Below are positions 1 to 9,103 of a stretch of 22,878 nucleotides of DNA, one piece after another (position 1 is the stretch's first letter; each line of letters begins with the position of its first letter). This stretch comes from a virus (lineage: Duplodnaviria > Heunggongvirae > Uroviricota > Caudoviricetes): IMG/VR virus record IMGVR_UViG_2574180019_000007; one strand, written 5' to 3'. The notes beneath the pieces are model-generated. The model searched no databases. It saw nothing but the letters and a program-made list of their open reading frames with translations, and had not been told where the DNA came from. Both the position numbers and the translations under genes were made by a program.

Positions 1-791
1 AACGTTCCGTCCCAGATACCGCTGTATTGCCGCGTCTGCGGGTTATAGTTCGACGGCACCTGCAGAATGCGCCCGCGAAGATGATAATTACGGCTCACCT
101 GCTGGCTGCCGAACTGCTCCGAGTCCACCTGTACGCCGACCAGTGCCGTGTTCGGGTAGCACTGTTTCACATCGATGATTTCGGTGTATGACGACCAGAG
201 CGTTTTGTTCTGCAACTGGTCTGTGGTGCTGTCCGGCGTCATCCTGCGCATCCGGATATTAAACGGGCGCGGCGGCAGGTTATCCACCACCACCGAGGCC
301 AGATACTGCGACGTGGTTTTGCCCTTAATGGTGATGTCTTTTTCCGTCACCCAGCCACCGTTACGTTGAATCTGAACCAGCAGGCGGACTTCCGATGGAT
401 TCCTGTCCCCCTTTGAGGTGGTTTCCACCAGTGCCTGCACGCCGAAAGTAAAACGCAGACGGTCAATGTTTGCCGACGTGATGGTCCGGGTGATCGGCGT
501 GTCATATTTCACTTCTGTACCGAGCACCGTCTCGGAGCCGGAGGATTCAAATCCCTCCGGCGGTGTCTGCTCCTGCTCACCGGCCCGGAACACCACCGTG
601 ACGCCGAATATATTGGTATTCCCCTCACTGTCCAGCACCGGCGTACTGTTCAGCAGCACGCTTTTTAATCCATCCACCGGACCTTCAACCGGCCCTTCGC
701 TGATGGCGTCTATCACGCTCAGCATCTGGGATGATTTCAGGTTGTCCTTCGCTTCGCGCGGGGTATGCCCCTTACTGCTGCCTTTACCCAT
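1..791 (-). CDS. J: Tail tip / host-specificity protein J, N-terminal ~263 codons; gene continues past the window start
   Basis: Minus-strand translation from ATG at 789-791 reads MGKGSSKGHTPREAKDNLKSSQMLSVIDAISEGPVEGPVDGLKSVLLNSTPVLD..., which I recognise as the start of lambda gpJ. RBS GAGGA lies upstream. It follows gene I after a 60-bp gap, as in lambda. The ORF track misses it because it runs off the window. Confidence 0.9.
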   Translation of the reverse strand, partial: MGKGSSKGHTPREAKDNLKSSQMLSVIDAISEGPVEGPVDGLKSVLLNSTPVLDSEGNTNIFGVTVVFRAGEQEQTPPEGFESSGSETVLGTEVKYDTPITRTITSANIDRLRFTFGVQALVETTSKGDRNPSEVRLLVQIQRNGGWVTEKDITIKGKTTSQYLASVVVDNLPPRPFNIRMRRMTPDSTTDQLQNKTLWSSYTEIIDVKQCYPNTALVGVQVDSEQFGSQQVSRNYHLRGRILQVPSNYNPQTRQYSGIWDGT

Positions 792-851
792 TCCTCATGC
801 TCCATAAACGATAAAACCGCCCGGAGGCGGTTTCACATAAAACATTTTGCA

Positions 852-1523
852 TCAGCGACCAATCACCACAACCTGACCACCATCCCCTTCGTCTGCCGTG
901 CTGATCTCCTGAGAAACCACGCGTGACCCCACGCGCATTTCACCGTACAGAACCGGCAGAACATTGCCCTGGGCAACCATGTTATCCAGTGAGGAGAAAT
1001 AGGTGTTCTGTTTGCCGTTATCCGTTGTCTGTGTACGGGGAGTTCTGGCTTTCGGTGCCAGCATCTGCGCCACACCACCGAGCACCATACTGGCACCGAG
1101 AGAAAACAGGATGCCGGTCATACCACCGGCCCCAATGGCTGCCCCCCATGCTGCAAGGGTGGCTCCGGCGGTAAAGAATGATCCGGCAATGGCGGCAGCC
1201 CCCAGGACAATCTGGAATACGCCACCTGACTTGGCCCCGGCGACTCTGGGAACAATATGAATCACAGCGCCATCAGGCAGAGTCTCATGTAACTGCGCCG
1301 TTAACCCGGACGTGCTGACGTCCCGCCCGGCAATCCGTACCTGATACCAGCCGTCGCTCAGTTTCTGACGAAACACCGGGAGCTGTGTGGCCAGTGCGCG
1401 GATGGCTTCAGCCCCCGTTTTCACACGAAGGTCGATGCGGCGGCCAAATCGTTGTAAATCCCCGTAAAGGCAGATGCGCGCCATGCCCGGTGACGCCAGA
1501 GGGAGTGTGTGCGTCGCTGCCAT
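852..1523 (-). CDS. I: Tail tip assembly protein I
   Basis: 223-aa ORF, same length as lambda gpI. Hydrophobic Gly/Ala-rich C-terminal half is typical. Sits between K and J in lambda order, and its 5' end overlaps the 3' end of K by about 100 nt as in lambda. Confidence 0.9.
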   Translation of the reverse strand: MAATHTLPLASPGMARICLYGDLQRFGRRIDLRVKTGAEAIRALATQLPVFRQKLSDGWYQVRIAGRDVSTSGLTAQLHETLPDGAVIHIVPRVAGAKSGGVFQIVLGAAAIAGSFFTAGATLAAWGAAIGAGGMTGILFSLGASMVLGGVAQMLAPKARTPRTQTTDNGKQNTYFSSLDNMVAQGNVLPVLYGEMRVGSRVVSQEISTADEGDGGQVVVIGR

Positions 1524-2164
1524 TTGTCGGTATACCTCTCTCGTTTACTCAGTTGTTCAGGAATATGGTGCAGCAGCTCGCCGTCACCACAGTAAATAGC
1601 GGCATGATTCGGCACCGATGAACCAAAGCAGCACAGCAGCACATCGCCCGGCTGCGCCGCTGACAACGGCACCTGATACAGCCCTGTGGCCTCCAGATTA
1701 TCAAGATAGAGATTCTGGCCGTTACGCCACCAGTCATCCTCACGATGAAAGTCCGGCATCTCAATCCCCGCCAGATGGTAAGCGTCCCGGAACAGCGTGT
1801 AACAGTCCGTCACCCCGTGCTCAAAGCGCCGCCCGGTGAGATGCGGCACACAGCGGAACTTATGAATCGCCCCCCGGCAGACCAGCCACCACGGCAAATC
1901 ACTCTGCACCTGCAGCCGCCGGTCGGCCTCACTCAGCCAGGGCAGACCACCGGGATGACTGTGGACCAGCGCCACAATCTCACCCTGCATCTCTGCCTGC
2001 AGCCAGTCCTCCGGAGCCATCCGGAAATACGCCTCCGGCTCACCGGAGATATTCACGCAGGGAAAATATCTTTCCCCCTCCGGCGCTCTCACCACGAAGC
2101 CGCACGACTCCGCTGGCGCACATCGCCGGGCATGCGCCAGAATCGCTGATTCTGTCTCTGTCAT
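1421..2164 (-). CDS. K: Tail tip assembly protein K (MPN/JAMM-like N-terminal part plus NlpC/P60-like C-terminal part)
   Basis: 247-aa ORF. Contains HSHPGGLPWLSEAD (HxHx7Sx2D JAMM signature) with an upstream glutamate in AESCGF, and a C-terminal Cys/His region (GVTDCYTL ... HAAIY). The classical 199-aa lambda K corresponds to the internal Met at 2020. The longer ORF starts 3 nt after the L stop and includes the whole JAMM motif. Confidence 0.85.
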   Translation of the reverse strand: MTETESAILAHARRCAPAESCGFVVRAPEGERYFPCVNISGEPEAYFRMAPEDWLQAEMQGEIVALVHSHPGGLPWLSEADRRLQVQSDLPWWLVCRGAIHKFRCVPHLTGRRFEHGVTDCYTLFRDAYHLAGIEMPDFHREDDWWRNGQNLYLDNLEATGLYQVPLSAAQPGDVLLCCFGSSVPNHAAIYCGDGELLHHIPEQLSKRERYTDKWQRRTHSLWRHRAWRASAFTGIYNDLAAASTFV

Positions 2165-2169
2165 GGGAT

Positions 2170-2868
2170 TTACTGCGAAAGTTTGTTAATGGAAAGGAAG
2201 CCGCCAAAGTTGCCGACGTTATTGCGAAACTTACAGCCGCTCAGGCATTTGCTGCATTTATCCTTCGTGATATCGGAAGTCGGCTGATCATATTCATCCG
2301 CGACCGCCGGACCGTGATAACCGCACTCATCACCGCGATAGGTCCAGGTGCAGGTATTAGCCAGCATGATGCGCCCCGGAAAAACGGCACCATCCGTTTC
2401 CGTCGGTGTGGACAGTACAAAGGAGGCACTGACCGCACTCAGTTCGCTGCACTGCTCGATGCGCCAGCGGCTGATCACCTCCTGCTCCGGATCGGCGTCG
2501 CTGTTTCCGTTGACGAAGTTCACCGCATCCAGAAAACGGGCGTAAACCTTACGCCTGACCACCGTTCCGCCGACCAGACTCTGCAGATCTTCCACCATCC
2601 CGGTGACCATACCGTACAGGTTAGAAACCGTCAGCGTGGGGCGCGTACTGGTGCCTTTGCCATTCAGTTCAAAACTACTCCCCTGAATGGGATACGGCTG
2701 ATACTGTCGCCCCTGCCAGGTGACCGGCTCACCTTTTTCGTTCTGCTCATTACAGAAAAAATAACGTTCTCCACCGACCTCTGTCAGATCGATTTCCCAG
2801 AGCACCACGCTGGCCGACTGCTCCGCACGGGTGCATTCATTCAATGTTTCCTGCCGGATATCCTGCAT
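2170..2868 (-). CDS. L: Tail tip protein L
   Basis: 232-aa ORF, length and position match lambda gpL. Cys-rich C-terminus (CSKCLSGCKF), consistent with a metal-cluster-binding tail tip protein. Confidence 0.9.
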   Translation of the reverse strand: MQDIRQETLNECTRAEQSASVVLWEIDLTEVGGERYFFCNEQNEKGEPVTWQGRQYQPYPIQGSSFELNGKGTSTRPTLTVSNLYGMVTGMVEDLQSLVGGTVVRRKVYARFLDAVNFVNGNSDADPEQEVISRWRIEQCSELSAVSASFVLSTPTETDGAVFPGRIMLANTCTWTYRGDECGYHGPAVADEYDQPTSDITKDKCSKCLSGCKFRNNVGNFGGFLSINKLSQ

Positions 2869-3197
2869 CAGTTCACCACCTGTTCAAACTCTGCGCTGAA
2901 CTCAACACGCAGCATACTGACCCGCGACGACCATTTTGCGCAGGTCACCTTTATCTGCCTGTAACCATAAGGCGGCGTCCACAGAAAGGCCTTCCAGCCC
3001 CCGTGCTCAGCCAGAAACGACTCCAGCGCCGTGGCCTCCTCACGGGAGACAGACAGCGTCACGCTGTACGTTTTCAGGTCAGCGTTCAGCCCGGCAGGCG
3101 CACGCTGGGAATAGCCATCACCAAAGCGCACCTCCCTGACGGAAGGAGCCGATGTCACATCCATCCCGGGTTTCACTTTCCAGCGGAAGGTTTTCAT
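2868..3197 (-). CDS. M: Tail tip protein M
   Basis: 109-aa ORF, length and position match lambda gpM. Start overlaps the H stop and stop overlaps the L start, indicating translational coupling. Confidence 0.9.
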   Translation of the reverse strand: MKTFRWKVKPGMDVTSAPSVREVRFGDGYSQRAPAGLNADLKTYSVTLSVSREEATALESFLAEHGGWKAFLWTPPYGYRQIKVTCAKWSSRVSMLRVEFSAEFEQVVN

Positions 3198-5755
3198 CGT
3201 CCACCTCCGGAGAACAGACCACCATCGCGCATCTGTGCCTGGATTTCATCACGGGCACCCTTGCGGGCCATGTCATACACCGCCTTCATCATCTGTGGAC
3301 CTGGCAGACCATTCGTACCGTCGTTCTGAATCACCACGTTGTTGTTCTGCTCAAACCTGATACCCTCTGAACGCCGCATTTGCGCCGGACTTCCGGTGCC
3401 ACCGACATAACCGCCGGTGGCATAGCCGCGCATCAGCCGGTAGAGATTTCCCACGCCAATCCGGCTGGTTGCCTCCTTCGTGAAGACAAATTCACCACGG
3501 TGAACAATCCCCGCTGGCTCATATTTGCCGCCGGTTCCCGTAAATCCTCCGGTTGCAAAATGGAGTTTCGCCGCAGCGGCCTGAATGGCTGTACCGCCTG
3601 ACGCGGATGCGCCGCCACCAACAGCCCCGCCAATAGCGCTGCCGATACTCCCGACAATCCCCACCATTGCCTGCTTAAGCAGAATTTCTGTCATCATGGA
3701 CAGCACGGAACGGGTGAAGCTGCGCCAGTTCTGTTCACTGCCGGTCAGCATCGCCGCCATATTCTGCGCAATACCATCAAAGGTCTGCGTGGCAGCACTT
3801 TTAACCTGCGACATACTGTCCGTGGCACTCTCTTCCCACTCACTCCAGCCGGACTTCAGGCCTGCCATCCAGTTCCCGCGAAGCAGGTCTTCAGCCGCCC
3901 AGGTCTTTTTCTGCTCTGACATGACGTTATTCAGCGCCAGAGGATTATCGCCATACTGTTCCTTCAGGCGCTGTTCCGTGGCTTCCCGTTCTGCCTGCCG
4001 GTCAGTCAGCCCCCGGCTTTTCGCATCAATAGCGGCCCGTTTTGCCCGTTGCTGCTGTGCGAATTTATCCGCCTGCTGCGCCAGCGCGTTCAGGCGCTCC
4101 TGATACGTAACCTTGTCGCCAAGTGCAGCCAGCTGGCGTTTGTACTCCAGCGTCTCATCTTTATGCGCCAGCAGGGATTTCTCCTGTGCAGACAGCTGGC
4201 GACGTTGCGCCGCCTCCTCCAGTACCGCGAACTGACTCTCCGCCTTCCACAAATCCCGGCGCTGCTGGCTGATTTTCTCATTTGCTCCGGCATGCTTCTC
4301 CAGCGTCCGGAGTTCAGCCTGAAGCGTCAGCAGGGCAGCATGAGCACTGTCTTCCTGACGATCGCCCGCAGACACCTTCACGCCGGACTGTTTCGGCTTT
4401 TTCAGCGTCGCTTCATAATCCTTTTTCGCCGCCGCCATCAGCGTGTTGTAATCTGCCTGCAGGATTTTCCCGTCTTTCAGTGCCTTGTTCAGTTCTTCCT
4501 GACGGGCGGTATATTTCTCCAGCGGTGTCTGCAGCCGTTCGTAAGCCTTCTGCGCCTCTTCGGTATATTTCAGCCGTGATGCTTCGGTATCGCTCTGCTG
4601 CTGCGCATTTTTGTCCTGTTGACTCTGCTGTTCAGCCTTCTTTCGGGCGGCTTCAAGCGCAAGACGGGCCTTTTCACGATCATCCCAGTAACGCGCCCGC
4701 GCTTCATCGTTAACAAAATAATCATCCTTGCGCAGATTCCAGATGTCGTCCGCTTTCTTAAACGCAGCCTCTGCCTTAATCAGCATCTCCTGAGCGGTAT
4801 CAGGACGACCAATATCCAGCACCGCATCCCACATGGATTTGAATGCCCGTGCTGTCCTGTCTGCCCAGGTTTCCAGCGTGCCCATGTTCTCTTTCAGGCG
4901 TCGGGTCTGGTCATCAAACCCTTTCGTTGCGGCCTCGTTCGCCGCCTGCAATGCCCCGGATTCATCGCCGGAACGCTGCAACTGAGCAACATACGCAATC
5001 TGCTCCGCCGTTACGTTATGGAACTGGCGCGCCATCGCCGTCAGCCCCGACGTCGGGTCAGTGGTCAGCTTCCCGAAGGCTTCAGCGACCTTGTCCACCT
5101 CCACGCCGGATGCAGAGGAGAAACGCGCCACACTCTGGCTGATGGATGCAATCTGAGCCTCACCGCTTACTCCCGCCTTAACCAGTGCGCTGAGTGACTC
5201 GCTGGTCTGGTTAAACGTCAGCCCTGCCGCCTGCCCGGCTCTGGACAGGACCAGCATACGATCTGCCGTCAGACCCGACTGATTGCCGGAAAGGACCAGC
5301 GTTTTGTTGAAATCGGACAGGGTTGAGTTACCCTGATACCAGGCATACGCCAGCGCACCGGTCGCCACCGCCAGCGAGGTGGCCCCGACCATCGGCAGGG
5401 TGATCGCACCGGCAAGCCCCCGGAACATGGGGATCATCCCGCCGAAGGAGTCCTTAACCTGACCACCCTGTTGCAGCAGGATCAGCCACGGGCTTTGCCC
5501 GCCTGCAAGCTGCGTGGCCACGTCGGTGAACTGTGCAGGCAGCATACGCATGGCGGCTTTATACTGCCCGACGGAAATCCCCGCTTTCTGTGCAGCCAGC
5601 GCCTGTCGGCTCAGCGACTGTTCAACGACTGCCGCTGTTTTTTTCGCATCACTTTCCGTACCGGAAAAATGACGCCTGACTCTGGCCATCTGCTCGTCAA
5701 ATCTGGCCGCATCCAGACTTAAATCAACGACCAGATCGCCTACCGGTTCAGCCAT
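3194..5755 (-). CDS. H: Tail tape measure protein H
   Basis: 853-aa ORF, the lambda gpH length. Long coiled-coil, Ala/Gln/Glu/Lys-rich central region and Gly-rich C-terminus (GGAVGGGASASGG). Sits between G-T and M. Confidence 0.95.
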   Translation of the reverse strand: MAEPVGDLVVDLSLDAARFDEQMARVRRHFSGTESDAKKTAAVVEQSLSRQALAAQKAGISVGQYKAAMRMLPAQFTDVATQLAGGQSPWLILLQQGGQVKDSFGGMIPMFRGLAGAITLPMVGATSLAVATGALAYAWYQGNSTLSDFNKTLVLSGNQSGLTADRMLVLSRAGQAAGLTFNQTSESLSALVKAGVSGEAQIASISQSVARFSSASGVEVDKVAEAFGKLTTDPTSGLTAMARQFHNVTAEQIAYVAQLQRSGDESGALQAANEAATKGFDDQTRRLKENMGTLETWADRTARAFKSMWDAVLDIGRPDTAQEMLIKAEAAFKKADDIWNLRKDDYFVNDEARARYWDDREKARLALEAARKKAEQQSQQDKNAQQQSDTEASRLKYTEEAQKAYERLQTPLEKYTARQEELNKALKDGKILQADYNTLMAAAKKDYEATLKKPKQSGVKVSAGDRQEDSAHAALLTLQAELRTLEKHAGANEKISQQRRDLWKAESQFAVLEEAAQRRQLSAQEKSLLAHKDETLEYKRQLAALGDKVTYQERLNALAQQADKFAQQQRAKRAAIDAKSRGLTDRQAEREATEQRLKEQYGDNPLALNNVMSEQKKTWAAEDLLRGNWMAGLKSGWSEWEESATDSMSQVKSAATQTFDGIAQNMAAMLTGSEQNWRSFTRSVLSMMTEILLKQAMVGIVGSIGSAIGGAVGGGASASGGTAIQAAAAKLHFATGGFTGTGGKYEPAGIVHRGEFVFTKEATSRIGVGNLYRLMRGYATGGYVGGTGSPAQMRRSEGIRFEQNNNVVIQNDGTNGLPGPQMMKAVYDMARKGARDEIQAQMRDGGLFSGGGR

Positions 5756-6182
5756 ACCGGACTCCTCCTGCGATCCCTTCTGATACTGTCATCAGCATTA
5801 CGTCATCCTCCGTCATGCCCGCCATATCCGGGGAAGCGGGGATAACTTCATTTCCGTCCGGGTCAAAGCGGACGCCTCCGGTAAGCCCTGCCGCTTTCTG
5901 CATCAGCACATCATCTTCAGGCTCTTCGTCATCCTCACGCCGGTTCAGCAAACTGAAATCCAGCGGATGCATATCCGGATCGCTGAAAAACAGGCTGAGC
6001 ACAGTGTACGTCAGCCCGGAAAAGTGCATATCCAGCAGAACATCATGAAAATAATGGGTACTGTAAAAGCGGTGCCAGTCGGCATACTCCGTGGATGACA
6101 TCCCGGCAAGCATGGCGCGCCAGTCAGGTCGCCCCATCTCTCGCGCCAGTTTCAGGGCAAAACTCAGCTCACCGTCGAACAC
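5748..6182 (-). CDS. T: T segment of the G-T tail assembly chaperone, expressed as a fusion by -1 frameshift from G
   Basis: 144-aa ORF in the -1 frame relative to G, overlapping the G 3' end. The slippery heptamer GGGAAAG lies at the overlap. The T frame has no independent RBS-bearing start that I can see. Confidence 0.8.
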   Translation of the reverse strand: MFDGELSFALKLAREMGRPDWRAMLAGMSSTEYADWHRFYSTHYFHDVLLDMHFSGLTYTVLSLFFSDPDMHPLDFSLLNRREDDEEPEDDVLMQKAAGLTGGVRFDPDGNEVIPASPDMAGMTEDDVMLMTVSEGIAGGVRYG

Positions 6183-6586
6183 TTTCCCGCAGAAACAGGC
6201 TCTGCAGGCCCGGAGTCCTCTGCCTGGTCAGGGGCATCATTCACCACAAACCCATACATACCGGACAGCCGGTACACCACGTTTTCAGCATGAGAAATTG
6301 CCTCCGCGGGCCAGGTGGTAAGCACTTCCTGCTCAATCTGTTTAACGGCTTCATTCATGGAAGGCTGCTTTGTCTTCTGCGGATGGTTATGCCACAGGGA
6401 CATCGCCACCACAAAAGCACCGGTTCTGATGGCGTCTTCCACAGTAACCTGCCGGTTGCTGTCTGACTCCGCCTGTTCTGCCTGCTGTTTCATCAGGGCG
6501 AGATGCTCAATACGCTGCAGGGCTGACAGTTCAGAAAGCGTGACGGTCACGCCGTTATGTTCAAATGATTCGGTTTTCAGGAACAT
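6164..6586 (-). CDS. G: Tail assembly chaperone G
   Basis: 140-aa ORF beginning MFLKTESFEHNGVTVTLSELSALQRIEHLALMK..., recognisably lambda gpG. Located directly upstream of H with the T frame overlapping its 3' end. Confidence 0.9.
   Translation of the reverse strand: MFLKTESFEHNGVTVTLSELSALQRIEHLALMKQQAEQAESDSNRQVTVEDAIRTGAFVVAMSLWHNHPQKTKQPSMNEAVKQIEQEVLTTWPAEAISHAENVVYRLSGMYGFVVNDAPDQAEDSGPAEPVSAGKCSTVS
6182..6188 (-). promoter_or_regulatory. Programmed -1 ribosomal frameshift slippery heptamer G GGA AAG for the G to G-T fusion
   Basis: Plus strand reads CTTTCCC at 6182-6188, i.e. GGGAAAG on the minus strand, located where the G and T frames overlap. This is the known lambda G/T frameshift site. 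Confidence 0.6.
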
Positions 6587-6601
6587 CGCTGACTCTCCGG
6601 A

Positions 6602-7342
6602 TTAACTGTCGGTGACAGTGATTTCTGCAACCGCAGCAAGTTCACCATTACCGGATACAACCGGAATGTTGACCTTGCCTGCAGCAACGCCGTTCACGGT
6701 GATGGTCATACCACTGACCGACACGGTGGCTTTTGTTTTATCCGCTGACACCGCACGGAAGCTCTTGTCAGTTGCGCCCTCCGGCTGGAAGGCCACGGTC
6801 AGCGTGGTGCTCTGCCCTTTCACCACCGAGGAGCTGGCAGGCGTCACGGTCATACCGGTTGCCGCCGTCACCGTACTGCGATCTTCTGCCATTGACGGAC
6901 GGCCCACATTGGTGACCTTCACCGTACGGGTGATCACTTCCTTCGCCGTCACCGCCTTACCGATACTGCTGACCCAGCCACGGAACACATCGACCGTGCC
7001 GTTCGGGAAGCGGATTTTATAGGCACGGGTATCACCTTCATTAAACCACGCCAGCAGCGCCTGCTGCCCCTGCTCTCCGGGCATCCACGCCAGCGTGAAG
7101 CTGGTATCTCCGGCGGATTTCTGCCCCTGCCCGGTCGCGGTCCAGTCCGCATCTTCATCATCGAGATAACTGTCGTCATAGGACTCAGCGGTCAGTTCGC
7201 CGGGCGTCAGGTCTTTAATTTTTGCCAGACGCGACCAGTCATTGTCTGAAAGCGGGTTTGCATAAGGGTCGCCGCTCCCGTTATAAACCCACAGTGTGGT
7301 TCCGGCCCCTTTCACCGGTGCCAGAGGATTTGGTGTTGGCAT
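6602..7342 (-). CDS. V: Major tail tube protein V, with C-terminal Ig-like domain
   Basis: Chosen start is the ATG at 7340-7342 giving [20 protein letters not shown]... (246 aa), matching my memory of lambda gpV. The track's longer ORF would overlap U. Confidence 0.9.
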   Translation of the reverse strand: MPTPNPLAPVKGAGTTLWVYNGSGDPYANPLSDNDWSRLAKIKDLTPGELTAESYDDSYLDDEDADWTATGQGQKSAGDTSFTLAWMPGEQGQQALLAWFNEGDTRAYKIRFPNGTVDVFRGWVSSIGKAVTAKEVITRTVKVTNVGRPSMAEDRSTVTAATGMTVTPASSSVVKGQSTTLTVAFQPEGATDKSFRAVSADKTKATVSVSGMTITVNGVAAGKVNIPVVSGNGELAAVAEITVTDS

Positions 7343-7349
7343 ATCGTCC

Positions 7350-7745
7350 TCACATTTCATAGGTAATGACATAAGTCAGATCGGCTGAACTCCACAGGCC
7401 CGCATCATCGTCGCGCCGGTAGTCATAGCCACTGGCCACCATACTGGTGATCAAATCTGACAGTGCCGGGATATCGCTCATCGCCGGATAAATCCGGCTT
7501 TCCATCCACGAATCCAGCTCTGAATCCGGCACCTGAGCAGGCAGGAAAACTTCAATATGCAGCTCCGCCTGCCAGGTATCGCTGTCCAGCTCTTCGCCCG
7601 TGTATTCAGCGCCGGTGAGATAAACGGCAATTGCCGGAAAATCCGCCTCATCAAAAACAGCGGGGCGACCATCAAAAAGCGTCGCCCCGGTGTCATGTTT
7701 TTCCAGTGCATCCAGTACGGCTGCACGGAATTCAGTATGTTTCAT
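7350..7745 (-). CDS. U: Tail terminator protein U
   Basis: 131-aa ORF, the lambda gpU length, between Z and V. Confidence 0.9.
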   Translation of the reverse strand: MKHTEFRAAVLDALEKHDTGATLFDGRPAVFDEADFPAIAVYLTGAEYTGEELDSDTWQAELHIEVFLPAQVPDSELDSWMESRIYPAMSDIPALSDLITSMVASGYDYRRDDDAGLWSSADLTYVITYEM

Positions 7746-8320
7746 CGCTTTATTACCATCCTCAGTTGATGCTGCAGCGCATAGCCCAGCTCTTTCGGAA
7801 GACGCTCACGCCGTATCCGCTCAATATTCTGTTTAAACGCCGTGGTCAGCGGCACCGCCATCGGAATTTTCACCACATCAATGGGGTAACGGTTTTTCCC
7901 GGCCACACGCTGCATGACATGCCAGCGGCCATTTTTCAGTTGCTGAATAAACGCGCCGGGAATACGACGGTTACCCACCACAAGCACGCTGCCGCCACCT
8001 TTCAGGGATGAACGCTGCCCCTTTTTACGACGCCTGCGGCGCGAAAGGACAACCCGCGCATTACCCAGCCTGATTACGGGCAAATCCCCCCGGTTAACTT
8101 TGATTCTGGCCTGCGGATTTTTGACCGTGGCCCTTTTCAGCCTGGCCCTTTCCTTTACCAGTTTCCGGCGTACCTTTGTCTCACGGGCAACCAGTGACGC
8201 CGACTGCGATATCGCGGATGAAGCAACGCGGTTAATGGCCATTGCGGCGGCACCAGGCACTGCCGTTTTGCTGATACGGCTGAGGTTTTCAACGGCCTGC
8301 TCAAGACCTTTTATGGCCAT
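7742..8320 (-). CDS. Z: Tail completion protein Z
   Basis: Start chosen at the internal ATG (8318-8320) giving MAIKGLEQAVENLSRISK... of 192 aa, the lambda gpZ length. The upstream extension in the track would overlap FII. Confidence 0.85.
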   Translation of the reverse strand: MAIKGLEQAVENLSRISKTAVPGAAAMAINRVASSAISQSASLVARETKVRRKLVKERARLKRATVKNPQARIKVNRGDLPVIRLGNARVVLSRRRRRKKGQRSSLKGGGSVLVVGNRRIPGAFIQQLKNGRWHVMQRVAGKNRYPIDVVKIPMAVPLTTAFKQNIERIRRERLPKELGYALQHQLRMVIKR

Positions 8321-8331
8321 ACATCCCCCTT

Positions 8332-8685
8332 TCAGCGGCGACGGCTGGCGGCAGGTGGTTGCCCCCGGTTGAGCCAGAGATAACAACTCCCTCCGTCATC
8401 CGGAGAAACACGGTCCACCCAGAACATCTCGCCGTTAATGGTCAGCGTGTCACCACGCCGTACAGCACAAACCGTATCCGTAAGCACAAATAATGACGGG
8501 TTACTTCCTTCAATACGGATCCCACTACTGGCAAAACCCAGCGACTCCGGATCGTCAAAAACGCCATGAACCTCGCCGCCACGCTGTGCACCGGAGGTGA
8601 ACTGCGCACTGATGCCCATCACTTCAACAATCGTACTGTCCACCCCGGCAAGGGCGGCATCAAAGGCATTCTGAAAATCACGCAT
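8332..8685 (-). CDS. FII: Head-tail connector protein FII
   Basis: Start chosen at the internal ATG (8683-8685) giving MRDFQNAFDAALAGVDS... of 117 aa, the lambda gpFII length. C-terminus ...WVDRVSPDDGGSCYLWL matches remembered gpFII. Confidence 0.85.
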   Translation of the reverse strand: MRDFQNAFDAALAGVDSTIVEVMGISAQFTSGAQRGGEVHGVFDDPESLGFASSGIRIEGSNPSLFVLTDTVCAVRRGDTLTINGEMFWVDRVSPDDGGSCYLWLNRGQPPAASRRR

Positions 8686-9052
8686 AAACAGCCATTCCAC
8701 CATCAACGTGTGTTTTTGCATCTGAGGACATAATCAGAATCACCCGACCAACATCCGCAAGCTCAACGGATTCCCCCGTTTCACCATCAACGCCACAGAG
8801 ATGGAGGCAGGTCAGAACTCTGATGCGCGTTAACGCGCCGGATGTTTCCTCACGAACATCATGAGCCGCGGTTTCCCGCTCCCGGATATCCATATTCATA
8901 ACCTGTACATCATCGCCGGATGACTGCATTTCCTCTTCCCATTCTGCCACCCGCTGCGCTATCTCTGCGGCACTCCCGGATATATCCGGCTCACGCCCCA
9001 GAATCAGGGCCAGTTCATCAAGCCGTTTCAGATTTTGCTCTTTCGTTGCCAT
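8678..9052 (-). CDS. FI: DNA packaging / head assembly protein FI-like
   Basis: Positional equivalent of lambda FI, between E and FII. Acidic protein MATKEQNLKRLDELALILG... of 124 aa from the ATG at 9050-9052, preceded by a GGGGG RBS. Sequence differs from my memory of lambda FI, so the call is positional. The track's longer version begins at a GTG inside the terminator hairpin. Confidence 0.6.
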   Translation of the reverse strand: MATKEQNLKRLDELALILGREPDISGSAAEIAQRVAEWEEEMQSSGDDVQVMNMDIRERETAAHDVREETSGALTRIRVLTCLHLCGVDGETGESVELADVGRVILIMSSDAKTHVDGGMAVYA

Positions 9053-9065
9053 ATCAGCCCCCTGT

Positions 9066-9094
9066 GAAAAAAGACACGGGGGCATTTCGCCCCC
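9066..9094 (-). terminator. Intrinsic terminator/attenuator hairpin just downstream of capsid gene E
   Basis: Minus strand reads GGGGGCGAAATGCCCCC followed by GTGTCTTTTTTCACAG: a 6-bp GC stem, 5-nt loop and U-tract, located between the E stop (9104) and the FI start (9052). Confidence 0.5.
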
Positions 9095-9103
9095 GCTCAC
9101 GGA

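Noticed and set aside
418-807. 129-aa plus-strand ORF
   Set aside because: Lies entirely antisense to the J coding sequence, which has a clear lambda-like translation; no RBS and a low-complexity, proline/serine-rich product.
2314-2964. 216-aa plus-strand ORF
   Set aside because: Antisense to tail gene L and part of M. Long antisense ORFs are expected in GC-rich coding DNA; no RBS or recognisable domain.
3585-5197. Series of plus-strand ORFs of 140-190 aa (3585-4103, 4049-4579, 4282-4713, 4619-5197)
   Set aside because: All lie inside and antisense to the tape measure gene H; Arg/Leu/Cys-rich junk-like composition typical of antisense frames of coiled-coil genes.
7342-7372. Longer start choices in the ORF track for V (also Z, FII, FI, B, A, Rz, porin, bor)
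   Set aside because: The upstream extensions overlap the preceding gene or lack an RBS, whereas internal start codons give products matching lambda protein lengths and N-termini; internal starts were used.
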